NCBI GenBank assembly: GCA_046566765.1
Contig: JBKHWA010000044.1
Location: forward strand, 471 to 64,470
From: Gammaproteobacteria bacterium
GTDB lineage: Bacteria > Pseudomonadota > Gammaproteobacteria > Pseudomonadales > JADFDG01
Direction of reading: 5' to 3'
Length of the DNA: 64,000 nt
Of this stretch, positions 54,430 to 63,950 are shown piece by piece. Below the pieces are notes generated by a model. That model was not told the DNA's origin. It saw nothing but the letters and a program-made list of their open reading frames with translations, and made no database searches. The translations under genes were made by a program, and so were the position numbers. How positions within the stretch are numbered: the stretch's first letter is position 1; every line of letters begins with the position of its first letter.

Positions 54430-55179
54430 ATGAACATCCACGCCTACACGCCCTGGAAATGGCTGGTTGCCGTTCCGGGCATCGCCCTGAGCACGCTGTT
54501 CTTCGGTTCGCTGTGCCTGTTCCTGTTGCTGTTCCTGCCCCCGCGGCAGGTCAACCGCTTCGTGCCGGCCTGGTGGGCGCGGGTGAACCTGGCGCTGATT
54601 CCCGCCGCCGTCACCGTGCACGGCCGCGAGCACATCGAGCCGGGGCAGTCGTACGTTCTCGCCGCCAACCACCTCAGCCACATCGACATCCTGATGCTGT
54701 ATGCGCAGCCGGATTTCGACCTGCGGTTCGTGATGAAGAAGGAACTGCGGAAGGTGCCGGTGATCGGTATCGCCTGCGCCGGCCTCGGCCATGTCTACGT
54801 CGACCGTGCGAACCGGCACGCGGCGGTGGCGGCGCTGAACGAAGCCAGGCCGCGGCTGGCTGCCGACGGCGCCTCGGTCATCTTCTTTCCGGAGGGCACC
54901 CGCAGCATCGACGGCCGCCTGCACGAGTTCAAGAAAGGCGCATTCGTGACGGCGAAGGACATGAACCTGCCGATCCTGCCGATCACCCTGCGCGGCAGCG
55001 ACGGCGTGCTGCCGGCGAAGACCCTCGGCCTGCTGCCCGGCCGTACCGAGATCATCATCCACCGGCCGATCGCCGCCACCCGGGTCGCCAGTGCCACCGC
55101 CGACGAACTGATGAACGAGACCCGCGCGATCATCGCCAGCGCCCTGCCGGCCGACCGGGTGACCAACAAGACGCACTGA
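54430..55179 (+). CDS. lysophospholipid (1-acyl-sn-glycerol-3-phosphate) acyltransferase family protein
   Basis: ORF 54337..55179 trimmed to MNIHAYTPWKWL (ATG 54430). N-terminal TM helix. Acyltransferase HX4D motif ANHLSHIDI, plus FFPEGTRS. Confidence 0.85.
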   Translation: MNIHAYTPWKWLVAVPGIALSTLFFGSLCLFLLLFLPPRQVNRFVPAWWARVNLALIPAAVTVHGREHIEPGQSYVLAANHLSHIDILMLYAQPDFDLRFVMKKELRKVPVIGIACAGLGHVYVDRANRHAAVAALNEARPRLAADGASVIFFPEGTRSIDGRLHEFKKGAFVTAKDMNLPILPITLRGSDGVLPAKTLGLLPGRTEIIIHRPIAATRVASATADELMNETRAIIASALPADRVTNKTH

Positions 55180-55246
55180 TACTCTGGTAAAGGGTTGTAA
55201 CATGGCGCTCCCAGATGGTTCGGCCGGGAGTCCCGGGGAGTCCGCC

Positions 55247-55960
55247 ATGACACGTACCGCACACCTGTTCGCGCTCACGCTTGGCCTGCTGGCTGCCGTC
55301 CTGGCACCTGCCGCCATGGCAAAGGACACCGCCGATACCGACGGCTGGGTGGTCGCCGCCAAGGCGCGTTCGCCTTCCGACATCTCGCTGTGGACGCGCA
55401 CCGTCCCCGGCGCCCAACTGAAGTCGTTCCGCGGTGCTACCCACCTGGAAGCGGGCATGGAGAGCATGGTCGCGTTCCTGTACGACGCCAGCCTGATGAA
55501 GGACTGGCTGTTCCGCTGCAAGGAAGCACGCATCCTCGAGGAGCGCCCGGACGCCACCTACGTGTACATCCGGATCAAGGGCATCTGGCCGCTGGAAGAC
55601 CGCGACGCGGTGGTGAAGGTGGTGCCGGAATTCGTTGCTGCCACCGGCGAGATCCGCCTGCGCGGCACCGCCGCACCGGATTTCCTGCCGAAGCAGGAAG
55701 GGCACATCCGCATTCCTGCCATCGAGTCGACCTGGCTGATGCGCCCGGCCGGCCAGGGCCAGATCTATGTCGAGTGGTGGGGCCACGTCGATCCGGCCGG
55801 CAACGTGCCGCGCTGGCTGTCGAACTCGATCGCGACGCTGATCCCGCGCTACACCATCAGGCAGGTGCGGGAACAGATCACCGCCGACCACTGGAAAACG
55901 CCGGCCGTCCTGGACACGGGCAGCAAGTTGCTCGAGCGCATCCGGCAAACCCCGCGCTGA
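55247..55960 (+). CDS. secreted START-domain (lipid-binding, SRPBCC) protein
   Basis: ORF 55202..55960 trimmed to MTRTAHLFALTLGLLAAVLAPAAMA (ATG 55247). The pattern ...FRGATHLEA...YDASLMKDW...WPLEDRD...VPRWL.N resembles bacterial START domains. Confidence 0.7.
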   Translation: MTRTAHLFALTLGLLAAVLAPAAMAKDTADTDGWVVAAKARSPSDISLWTRTVPGAQLKSFRGATHLEAGMESMVAFLYDASLMKDWLFRCKEARILEERPDATYVYIRIKGIWPLEDRDAVVKVVPEFVAATGEIRLRGTAAPDFLPKQEGHIRIPAIESTWLMRPAGQGQIYVEWWGHVDPAGNVPRWLSNSIATLIPRYTIRQVREQITADHWKTPAVLDTGSKLLERIRQTPR

Positions 55961-55994
55961 GCACTTGCCCCGCGCGTTGCCGTCACCGACCTGC

Positions 55995-56657
55995 ATGCAG
56001 CCCGACTTCTGGATCACCCGCTGGCAGCGCGGCGAGACCGGCTTCCACCTCGACCGCGTCAATGACTGGCTGAGCCGGCAAATCGACGCGCTGCTGCTGA
56101 AACCCGGCGACCATGTTTTCCTGCCGCTGTGCGGCAAGTCGCTGGACCTGCGCTTCCTCGCCGACCGCGGCCTGCGCGTCACCGGCATCGAGTTGAGCCC
56201 GCTGGCGGTCGAATCGTTCTTCCGCGAGCAGCAACTGGTACCGACCGTGCGCCAGCACGGCGATATCGCCGTGTACGAACACGACCGGCTGCGCGTGCTG
56301 TGCGGCGACTTCTTCGCACTGACGGCGGAACTGCTCGGCCCGGTCGACGCGGTGTTCGATCGCGCCGCACTGGTCGCACTGCCACCGGAAATGCGGCCGC
56401 GTTACGCCGCCCGGCTGCTGGAACTGTTGCCGCCCGGGGCGCGGATGCTGCTGGTGTCGTTCGACTACGCGCAACCGGAGATGAACGGCCCGCCATTCAG
56501 CGTGCCACAGGCGGAAATTCGCGCGTTGTTCGGCCCCCGCTGCGACATCGCCGCACTCGGCCGCGAGGACATCCTCGAACGCGAGCCGCGCTTCCGCGAG
56601 CGCGGGCTGACGCGACTGGTGGAAACCGGCTGGCTGCTGTTGCGGCGCCCGGGCTGA
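55995..56657 (+). CDS. tpm: thiopurine S-methyltransferase
   Basis: ORF 55965..56657 trimmed to MQPDFWITRWQRGETGFHLDRVNDWL (ATG 55995). VFLPLCGKSLDLRFLADRG and FDRAALVALPPEMR are hallmarks of bacterial Tpm. Confidence 0.85.
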   Translation: MQPDFWITRWQRGETGFHLDRVNDWLSRQIDALLLKPGDHVFLPLCGKSLDLRFLADRGLRVTGIELSPLAVESFFREQQLVPTVRQHGDIAVYEHDRLRVLCGDFFALTAELLGPVDAVFDRAALVALPPEMRPRYAARLLELLPPGARMLLVSFDYAQPEMNGPPFSVPQAEIRALFGPRCDIAALGREDILEREPRFRERGLTRLVETGWLLLRRPG

Positions 56658-56673
56658 ACGCGGAGCGCAACGC

Positions 56674-57741
56674 ATGAACCCCGAGATCACCCGGTCATTG
56701 ACGCTGCGCGCCGGCCCGGAGGCGCACGCGCGCATCCTCGCCGACGGCATCTCGCCCGACCTCTTCGGCAGCATGATCGGCGCCTCCGGCGGCCCCAAGT
56801 GGCTGGTGCTGTCCGGGCTGGACCGCTATCTCGCCGGCGAGTTTTTCCGCGGCCGGCAGGCGCCGCTGGCGTTGATCGGCAGCTCGATCGGCACCTGGCG
56901 CCACGCATATTTTGCCCAGCGCGATCCGCTGGCCGCGCTCGACCGGTTCCTCGCCGACTACCTCGCCCAGCGCTACAGCGCGCAGCCGGACATCGCCGAG
57001 CTGACAACCTCGGCGCAGCAACTGCTGGCGACACTGCTCGGCGAGCACGGCGCGCAGGAAATCGCCGACAACCGCGTGTTCCGCACCCATATCCTCGCCG
57101 CGCGCTGCCATGGCCTGGCGGCGCGCGACGAGCGCGCACCGCTGCTGTCGGCGCTGGTGCTGGCGGCATTGCTCAACATCGCCTCGCGTCGCACGCTGGC
57201 GCTGCACTTCGAACGCGTGCTGTTCGCCGTCACCGGCGGCAGCGATTTCCGCTTCCGCGGCCTGCCGGCACGCACCACCGCCCTGACCGCGGACAATGTC
57301 ACCGACGCGCTGCTGGCCACCGCCGCGGTGCCGCTGGTGTTCGCACCGCGGCGCGACATTGCCGGCGCGCCGCCCGGCGTGTACCGCGACGGCGGCATCA
57401 CCGACTACCACTTCGACCTCGACTTCGAGGCGCCGCCAGGGCTGGTGCTGTACCCGCATTTCTACGGCCACCTCACCCCCGGCTGGTTCGACAAGATGCT
57501 GAAGTGGCGCCACGCACGCGGCGCGCTCGCCAGCCGGACGCTGCTGGTAGCGCCCTCGCCGGCGTTCGTCGCCGCGCTGCCCGGCCGCGCGGTACCGGAC
57601 CGCAAGGACTTCGCCCGCTACGGCGACGACACGCGCGAGCGCTACTGGCGCGCGGCGGTAGACGAAAGCCGGCGCCTTGGCGATGCATTCGCCGCCTGGT
57701 GCGCCGACCCCGACCCGGCGCGCTACCTGCAACCGCTCTGA
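56674..57741 (+). CDS. patatin-like phospholipase family protein
   Basis: 355 aa. Glycine-rich oxyanion segment IGASGGPKW, nucleophile elbow GSSIG (GxSxG) and catalytic Asp motif YRDGGITDY (DGG). Confidence 0.72.
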   Translation: MNPEITRSLTLRAGPEAHARILADGISPDLFGSMIGASGGPKWLVLSGLDRYLAGEFFRGRQAPLALIGSSIGTWRHAYFAQRDPLAALDRFLADYLAQRYSAQPDIAELTTSAQQLLATLLGEHGAQEIADNRVFRTHILAARCHGLAARDERAPLLSALVLAALLNIASRRTLALHFERVLFAVTGGSDFRFRGLPARTTALTADNVTDALLATAAVPLVFAPRRDIAGAPPGVYRDGGITDYHFDLDFEAPPGLVLYPHFYGHLTPGWFDKMLKWRHARGALASRTLLVAPSPAFVAALPGRAVPDRKDFARYGDDTRERYWRAAVDESRRLGDAFAAWCADPDPARYLQPL

Positions 57742-57825
57742 CCTCCGGACGGACCTACTCGCCGGGGACGAACGGGGTGATAATCCCGCGCGCTTGATCC
57801 CCCTGTCTGCCACGCGAGCCTGATC

Positions 57826-58023
57826 ATGACCGAAGCCGAATTTGCCGACATTTCCCTCAAGGTGGGAGTCGGCGGCCTGATCCTGCTGATGGGATTCATC
57901 ATGTACGACCTGGCGAAAAAATCCGGCGCCGGAAAATTCGGCACCTTCATCATTTTCCTGGTGCTCGGCCTGTGCGTGGCTGCGTTCCTGATCAAGGAAA
58001 TCCTGATCGTCGTCCTCGAATAA
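57826..58023 (+). CDS. DUF2788-like small 2-TM membrane protein
   Basis: 65 aa (MTEAEFADISLKVGVGGLILLMGFIMYDLAKKSGAGKFGTFIIFLVLGLCVAAFLIKEIL). The stop lies 11 nt before the next gene. Confidence 0.65.
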   Translation: MTEAEFADISLKVGVGGLILLMGFIMYDLAKKSGAGKFGTFIIFLVLGLCVAAFLIKEILIVVLE

Positions 58024-58034
58024 GGAAGTTGCCG

Positions 58035-59240
58035 ATGTCCCGCACCCGCCGCCCGCTCGAGGGCATCCGCGTCATCGAGGTCGGCCAACTGCTGGCCGGC
58101 CCGTTCACCGGCACCCTGCTCGCCTATTTCGGCGCCGAGGTGATCAAGGTCGAGCCGCCGGGCGGCGACCCGATCCGCGGCTGGCGCAAGCTCGACGAGA
58201 ACGGCACCGCCTACTGGTGGCGCTCACTCGGCCGCAACAAGAAGTGCGTCACCATCGACATGAAGAGCGACGAGGGCCGCGCGCTGGTGCGCCGGCTCGC
58301 CGACGGCGCCGACGTGCTGATCGAGAACTTCAAGCCGGGCGTGATGGAAAAGTGGGGACTCGGCCCGCAGGACATCGCGAAGACCAATTCGAAACTGGTG
58401 TACGCCCGCATCTCCGGCTACGGCCAGACCGGCCCCTACGCGCCGAAGCCCGGCTACGCCTCGGTGACCGAGGGCATCAGCGGCTTCCGCTACGTGAACG
58501 GTTTCCCCGGCGAGCCGCCGGTACGTCCGAATCTTTCCATCGGCGACACCATCGGCGGCATCCACGCCGCGCTCGGCATCATGATCGCGCTGTGGGATCG
58601 CGAAAAGCACACCGACGGCAAGCAGGGCCAGGTGGTCGACGTCGCGCTGTACGAATCGATCTTCAACCTGATGGAAGGCGTGGTGCCGGAATTCTCCGGC
58701 GCCGGCGTGGTGCGCGAAGCATCGGGCACCACCATCACCGGCATCGTGCCGACCAACACCTACAAGTGCCGTGACGGCAAGTTCGTAGTCATCGGCGGCA
58801 ACGGCGACTCGATCTTCCAGCGGCTGATGAAGGCCGCCGGCCACCCGGAAATGGCCAACGACCCGCGCATGGCGACCAACCCCGGCCGGGTGGAGCACGA
58901 GCGCGAGATCGATGCCGCACTGGAAGCCTGGTGCAAGGCCAACGACGCCGCCACCATCCTGAAAACGCTCGACGACGTGCAGGTTCCCGGCGGCCCGATC
59001 TACAGCGTGCAGGACATGTTCGCCGACCCGCACTTCAACGCGCGCGGCATGTTCGAGAACGTCACCGTCAACGGCAAGCCGCTGGCGATCCCTGCGATCC
59101 TGCCTAAACTCGCCGGCACCCCCGGCGGCACCGAGTGGCCGGGCCCGGAAGTCGGCAGCCACAGCGAGGAAATCCTGCGCGATGTGCTGAAGCTGTCGGC
59201 AGACGAGATCAGCGGGCTGAAGCAGCGCGGCGTGGTTTGA
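58035..59240 (+). CDS. family III CoA-transferase (CaiB/BaiF/Frc family)
   Basis: In ORF 57972..59240, start at ATG 58035 (AAGGAAG RBS). LEGIRVIEVGQLLAGPFTGTLLAYFGAEVIKVEPPGGDP and the catalytic-Asp region ENFKPG are typical of the family. Confidence 0.9.
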   Translation: MSRTRRPLEGIRVIEVGQLLAGPFTGTLLAYFGAEVIKVEPPGGDPIRGWRKLDENGTAYWWRSLGRNKKCVTIDMKSDEGRALVRRLADGADVLIENFKPGVMEKWGLGPQDIAKTNSKLVYARISGYGQTGPYAPKPGYASVTEGISGFRYVNGFPGEPPVRPNLSIGDTIGGIHAALGIMIALWDREKHTDGKQGQVVDVALYESIFNLMEGVVPEFSGAGVVREASGTTITGIVPTNTYKCRDGKFVVIGGNGDSIFQRLMKAAGHPEMANDPRMATNPGRVEHEREIDAALEAWCKANDAATILKTLDDVQVPGGPIYSVQDMFADPHFNARGMFENVTVNGKPLAIPAILPKLAGTPGGTEWPGPEVGSHSEEILRDVLKLSADEISGLKQRGVV

Positions 59241-59275
59241 AGCAGCGCGGCGTGGCCTGAACCCGCGCCGGCGGC

Positions 59276-59321
59276 AAATAAAAAAGCCCCGCGTCGCTGC
59301 CGACGCGGGGCTTTTTGTTTT
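59276..59321. terminator. bidirectional rho-independent terminator
   Basis: Sequence is aaataaaaaa-gccccgcgtcg-ctgc-cgacgcggggc-tttttgtttt. 11-bp perfect stem between convergent genes. Confidence 0.8.
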
Positions 59322-59334
59322 CCCGCTGACGGTG

Positions 59335-59706
59335 TCAGTGGTGGATGTAATTGTTGGTGTTGGTCTTTTCCGGGTGCTTCGCCAGGTGGGTGTGGCGATG
59401 TACCGCCGGCTCGACCAGCCGGGCCAGGATCGCGCCGAGGTCGCTGTTCTTCGCCAGCGCCTGGTAGGCCGGCTGCGCGGTCAGCTCATCCGACAACGCA
59501 TAGTGCGGCGCCGCGCCACCCGGCTGCAGCATCACGTCCTCGTGGCGGCAGCGGATCTTGTCGTCGCTGGCCTTCGCCAGCAATTCGCACACCGTGCGCG
59601 CGAAGTACTTGCGCACTTCCTCCGCCGATTCGGCAGCGGCAACATTGCGGCGATAGGCGGGAACAACCTCGCTCTCGACGCGGGTATAGGACTTCTGGTC
59701 GGTCAT
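59335..59706 (-). CDS. hypothetical protein (123 aa), no recognised family
   Basis: Complete ORF MTDQKSYTRVESEVV...NNYIHH with GGAGAG-like RBS. It lies 84 nt downstream of the GldG-like gene on the same strand. Confidence 0.6.
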   Translation of the reverse strand: MTDQKSYTRVESEVVPAYRRNVAAAESAEEVRKYFARTVCELLAKASDDKIRCRHEDVMLQPGGAAPHYALSDELTAQPAYQALAKNSDLGAILARLVEPAVHRHTHLAKHPEKTNTNNYIHH

Positions 59707-59790
59707 GGTGAGCTCTCCCTGAAGGTTATGTCGGCGACAGTCAACGACCCCATCCTAGCGGGGCCGCGCCTGCCGCCGACCTGATCCCGA

Positions 59791-61632
59791 TCAACGGCGG
59801 GACAGTTTCCAGCGCGCGATCCCGAACACCAGCAGCACCAGCAGCAGCGGTGCCAGCGCGATGTTCAGCACCTTGACCAGCGCGCCCAGCGACTCGATAT
59901 CGCTGCCAAGCTGGTGCTGGACATCACGTAACTCCTTGCGTACGCGCAGTTTTTCGGCGAGGAACTTCTCCATCTCCGCCACCTGCGCCTCGTCCAGCTC
60001 GAATGCCCTGGCATCCTGCTGTTTCTTCGATTCCAGCGCCTGCAGTTTCGCCTCGGTGGTCGCCAGTTGCTCTTCCAGCCCCTGCTGCCGGGCCTGCAGG
60101 TCCATCGCCGCCGTGCGCTCGAGCGCGTCGACGACCTCGAACGGCCGCTCGTAGCGGCCGCGGCCGCGGATGTCCATGAGTTCCGCACTGCCCATCAGGC
60201 CGTCGACGGCATTGGTGAAGAAGTCGCCGTTGTCGGCAAACGCCGACATCACCGGCTGGCCCATGAATTCCTGCACCTGCACCCACAGCCGGTCGCTGAG
60301 CACGTCGGTATCGGCGACGACCAGGATATTGGCCGGCTTCTCCTCCACCGCCGGCACCGCCGACGCGCCGCCGGCATCGGCCGTGAACGCACTGCCGATC
60401 TTGCCGGTGATGCGCGCGGCGACCACGTAGCGCTCGCCGGTCGGCTGGAAGCCGTCGTACAGCGCGGTGTGGTCGTCGAGCATCGCGAACTTCTGCGCGT
60501 CGATCAGCATCGCCTGGTCGCTGGATTCCGCCAGCGGCATGAACGTCGAGGCCGCGCCCGGCTTGTGCCTGAGCACGCCGGCCGATGCCATCAGCAGGCG
60601 CTCCAGCCGCGCGGTGACCGGATCGTCGTTCGGGAACTCGCCCTGGCCGAACTGCACGATGCCGACGTGCGGCACCGGGCGGCCGTATTTTTCGCTGCCG
60701 ACCGGCACCGCCAGCGAGGCGTCGCCGAGTACTTTCGTCGCGTCGTATTCCACGCCCCAGGCGGCAAACAGCGGCGCCAGGTCGGAGCCGGTATCGCTCA
60801 TGCCGAACATGCCGCCACCGGCACGCTCGGCGTGCGGGTCGACGAACACCAGCGTCGCGCCGCCGGCACGCACGTAGCGATCGATTGCGCGCAGCGATTT
60901 CTCCGGCAGCTTTCCCGGGTGGACGATCGCCAGCAGGCGCACGTCGTCACCGATGTGGTCGAAATCCGCCGCCAGCGGCTCGATGCTGTACAGCTGCTGC
61001 AGTTGCGCGAACGTCGCCCAGGGCGGCGACGGCTGCCGGGTCATGAAATCGAAGCCACCCTGCACGTCGAGGCCGGACAGCAACGCGATCTTCGGGGCCA
61101 CCGTGCGCGATGCCTTCCACACCGACTGGCTGAGCTCGTACTCCAGCGTCTCCTCGCGGTCCGGCCGGAAGAAAGGAATGGTTTCCGGCTTGCCGCCCTC
61201 GGCGGTGAGCGCCAGCCCGAACCAGATCTCCGGGCCGCCCGGCACCACCGGCACGCTGATCAGGCCCAGTTCGGTGGCGCGGTCCTCGTCCTCGGAGAAC
61301 GCCTCAGGGTCGATCACCTTCAGCTCCAGCTTGCCGCCGGAGAGCCGCTCGTATTCGCGCAGCAGCGCCTGCACCCGCTGCGCGTAGTTGCCGATCTGCG
61401 GGACCGCCTGCGCCATCTGCGCGGAATAGAACAGCTCGGCCTTCACCGGCTTTTCCATCTTCGACAGCATCGACCTGGTGCCATCGGACAGGGTGTAGAG
61501 GCGACCCTCGGTCAGGTCCAGCCGCAGCGCCGGCGCCAGGCTGGCCAGTTGCGCCAGCACCACCACCGCGACAGCGACCGCCAGCAGGCCCAGCCCGGAA
61601 AACAGCGCGCGCTTGCTCATCAGTTGCTTCAT
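59791..61632 (-). CDS. GldG-like ABC-transporter auxiliary component (ABC_transp_aux domain)
   Basis: 613 aa. N-terminal TM helix followed by LDLTEGRLYTLSDGTRSML. Large periplasmic domain, C-terminal coiled-coil and a final TM helix, as in the GldG family. Confidence 0.8.
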   Translation of the reverse strand: MKQLMSKRALFSGLGLLAVAVAVVVLAQLASLAPALRLDLTEGRLYTLSDGTRSMLSKMEKPVKAELFYSAQMAQAVPQIGNYAQRVQALLREYERLSGGKLELKVIDPEAFSEDEDRATELGLISVPVVPGGPEIWFGLALTAEGGKPETIPFFRPDREETLEYELSQSVWKASRTVAPKIALLSGLDVQGGFDFMTRQPSPPWATFAQLQQLYSIEPLAADFDHIGDDVRLLAIVHPGKLPEKSLRAIDRYVRAGGATLVFVDPHAERAGGGMFGMSDTGSDLAPLFAAWGVEYDATKVLGDASLAVPVGSEKYGRPVPHVGIVQFGQGEFPNDDPVTARLERLLMASAGVLRHKPGAASTFMPLAESSDQAMLIDAQKFAMLDDHTALYDGFQPTGERYVVAARITGKIGSAFTADAGGASAVPAVEEKPANILVVADTDVLSDRLWVQVQEFMGQPVMSAFADNGDFFTNAVDGLMGSAELMDIRGRGRYERPFEVVDALERTAAMDLQARQQGLEEQLATTEAKLQALESKKQQDARAFELDEAQVAEMEKFLAEKLRVRKELRDVQHQLGSDIESLGALVKVLNIALAPLLLVLLVFGIARWKLSRR

Positions 61633-61635
61633 GGT

Positions 61636-62370
61636 TCAGCCCGCCTTCTTGCGGTCGATGACGATGGCGGTGGCAAGCAGCCAGCCGGCGATCATCACCA
61701 GGAAGTAAACGAAGTCTCCGAAGTCGATCACGCCCTTGCTGACCGCCTCGAAGTGGGTGAGGAACGAAAGATTGGCAATGGCGTCGACCAGCAGGCCCGG
61801 CGCCCAGCCCTCGAACGCGCCCAGCACCACCGGGAAACCGGTAATCACCAGCATGAAGCACACCACCACGGTGACGATGAAGGCGATCACTTGATTGGAG
61901 GTGGCCGCCGACAGGCAGGAACCGACGGCGAGATAGGCGCCGGCCATGAACCAGCTGCCGACGTAGGCGGTGAGGATCGCCCCGTTGTCCGGGTCGCCCA
62001 GCCAGTTGACGGTCAACGCCAGCGGGAACGTCAGCAGCAACGCCAGCCCGGCGAACAGCCAGGCGGCGAGGAACTTGCCGAGCACCGCGTCGCGCAGCCG
62101 GATCGGCAGCGTGAGCAGCAACTCCAGCGTGCCGCCCTTGCGCTCCTCCGCCCACAGCCGCATCGCCAGCGCCGGCATCAGAAACAGGTACAGCCACGGG
62201 TGGAACGCGAAGAACGGCAGCAGGTCAGCCTGCCGGCGCTCGAAGAAATTGCCGATGTAGAAGGTGAACACCGCGCCCAGCACGAGGAAGATCGCGAGGA
62301 AAACGTAGGCCAGCGGCGTCGCGAAGTACGCATACAGTTCGCGGCGGGTAATCGCCATGATGTTGTTCAT
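61636..62370 (-). CDS. ABC-2 type transporter permease (GldF-like)
   Basis: 244 aa with 6 TM helices. N-terminus ITRRELYAYFATPLAYVFLAIFL is typical of the ABC-2/GldF family. The stop lies 3 nt before the GldG-like ATG. Confidence 0.85.
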   Translation of the reverse strand: MNNIMAITRRELYAYFATPLAYVFLAIFLVLGAVFTFYIGNFFERRQADLLPFFAFHPWLYLFLMPALAMRLWAEERKGGTLELLLTLPIRLRDAVLGKFLAAWLFAGLALLLTFPLALTVNWLGDPDNGAILTAYVGSWFMAGAYLAVGSCLSAATSNQVIAFIVTVVVCFMLVITGFPVVLGAFEGWAPGLLVDAIANLSFLTHFEAVSKGVIDFGDFVYFLVMIAGWLLATAIVIDRKKAG

Positions 62371-62383
62371 CGGATGCTCCCGG

Positions 62384-63313
62384 TCAGGCTGCGCGATCGC
62401 GCGTGAGGCGGCGGAATACTTCGTCGAGGCGTCCCCGCTCGATCACCAGGTCGCGCACCGTCCAGTTGCGTTCGCGCGCCAGCGCGAGGAACCCCGGCAG
62501 CAGGTCGGCCGGGCCGTGCGGCACCAGCGTGCGGCGCGCGGGATCGGCCGGATCGGCCTCCACCGCCAGCACGCCCGGCAGTTGCACCAGCGCGTCGTCA
62601 ACGTCGGCACCCGCATCGAGCGTCGCCGTCAGTGCACCGTGGTAGCGCGACTGCGCTTCCAGTTCCGCCGGCGTGCCGTCGGCCACCACTGCGCCGTCGG
62701 CAATCACTACCGCGCGCGTGCACACCGCGGTGACTTCCTCGAGGATGTGGGTCGAGATGATGATGATCCGGCCGGGAGACAACCGCTTGATCAGTTCGCG
62801 CACCTGGTGCTTCTGGTTCGGGTCGAGACCGTCGGTGGGCTCGTCGAGCACCAGCACCTGCGGATCGTGCAGGATCGCCTGCGCCAGTCCGACGCGGCGC
62901 TTGAAGCCCTTGGACAGGGTGTCGATCGTGCGATCGCGCACGTCGCCCAGTTCAAGTTCACGCAGCACGCGTGCCACCCGCTCCTCGCACTCGATGCCGC
63001 GGTAGCCGCGCACGCCGGCGATAAAGCGCAGGAACGCCGCCACCGTCATCTCGCCCCAGGCGGGTGCGCCTTCCGGCAGGTAGCCGATCCGTTTTTTCGC
63101 CGCTTCCGGCGCGGCGATCACGTCGTCGCCGAACACCGTCACCGTGCCGCGGTCCGGCAACAGGAAACCGGTGATCATTTTCATGGTGGTGGACTTGCCG
63201 GCGCCGTTCGGGCCGAGGAAACCGAGCACTTCGCCCGGGTTCACGTCCAGCGAAATGCCGCGCACGGCCGCCACGTGCCCGAACGCCTTGTGCAGGCCGT
63301 CGATGCGTATCAT
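62384..63313 (-). CDS. ABC transporter ATP-binding protein (GldA-like)
   Basis: 309 aa. Walker A GPNGAGKST, signature LSKGFKRRV, Walker B LVLDEPTDGLD. Confidence 0.9.
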   Translation of the reverse strand: MIRIDGLHKAFGHVAAVRGISLDVNPGEVLGFLGPNGAGKSTTMKMITGFLLPDRGTVTVFGDDVIAAPEAAKKRIGYLPEGAPAWGEMTVAAFLRFIAGVRGYRGIECEERVARVLRELELGDVRDRTIDTLSKGFKRRVGLAQAILHDPQVLVLDEPTDGLDPNQKHQVRELIKRLSPGRIIIISTHILEEVTAVCTRAVVIADGAVVADGTPAELEAQSRYHGALTATLDAGADVDDALVQLPGVLAVEADPADPARRTLVPHGPADLLPGFLALARERNWTVRDLVIERGRLDEVFRRLTRDRAA

Positions 63314-63464
63314 TCGATGCCATCCCCTTTGCTGAATGTCCGGCCAGCGCCGGCAGGAAAAACCGCGCCAGTGTAGCCACGGCGCACGGACCGGACGAGG
63401 CCGGGAAAAGTTCCCGGCCCCGTCACCCGCAGACCAGATCCCGGCAGGCTCCTGCCCGGAATGC

Positions 63465-63950
63465 TCAACCCCTGAGAAACGCCTCGACGTCCTTCGCCAG
63501 GTCTTCCGGCTTGTCGGTGGGTGCGTAGCGCTTGATGGTCTTGCCGTCCTTGCCGACCAGGAACTTGGTGAAGTTCCACTTGATGCCTTCGCTGCCGAGG
63601 ATGCCCGGCGCTTCTTCCTTGAGGTACTTGTAGAGCGGCGCGGCGTTGCTGCCGTTGACGTCGACCTTGGCGAACAGCGGGAACGAGACGCCGAAGTTCA
63701 TCTCGCAGAACTGCTCGATCTGTTCCTCGGGCGCCGGCTCCTGGTGGCCGAACTGGTTGCAAGGGAAGCCGAGCACCACCAGGCCCTTGTCCTTGTAGCG
63801 CTCGTGCAGGGCCTGCAGGCCCTTGTACTGCGGGGTAAATCCACACTTGCTGGCGGTATTCACGATCAGCAGGACCTTGCCGCGGTACTGGCCGAGGTCA
63901 ACGCTCTTGCCGTGGATGTCGGTGACGGTGAAGTCGAAGGCGGTAGTCAT
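63465..63950 (-). CDS. glutathione peroxidase family protein (Cys-type)
   Basis: 161 aa. Contains LLIVNTASKCGFTPQY (peroxidatic Cys), LGFPCNQFGHQEP and WNFTKFLV. Confidence 0.9.
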   Translation of the reverse strand: MTTAFDFTVTDIHGKSVDLGQYRGKVLLIVNTASKCGFTPQYKGLQALHERYKDKGLVVLGFPCNQFGHQEPAPEEQIEQFCEMNFGVSFPLFAKVDVNGSNAAPLYKYLKEEAPGILGSEGIKWNFTKFLVGKDGKTIKRYAPTDKPEDLAKDVEAFLRG

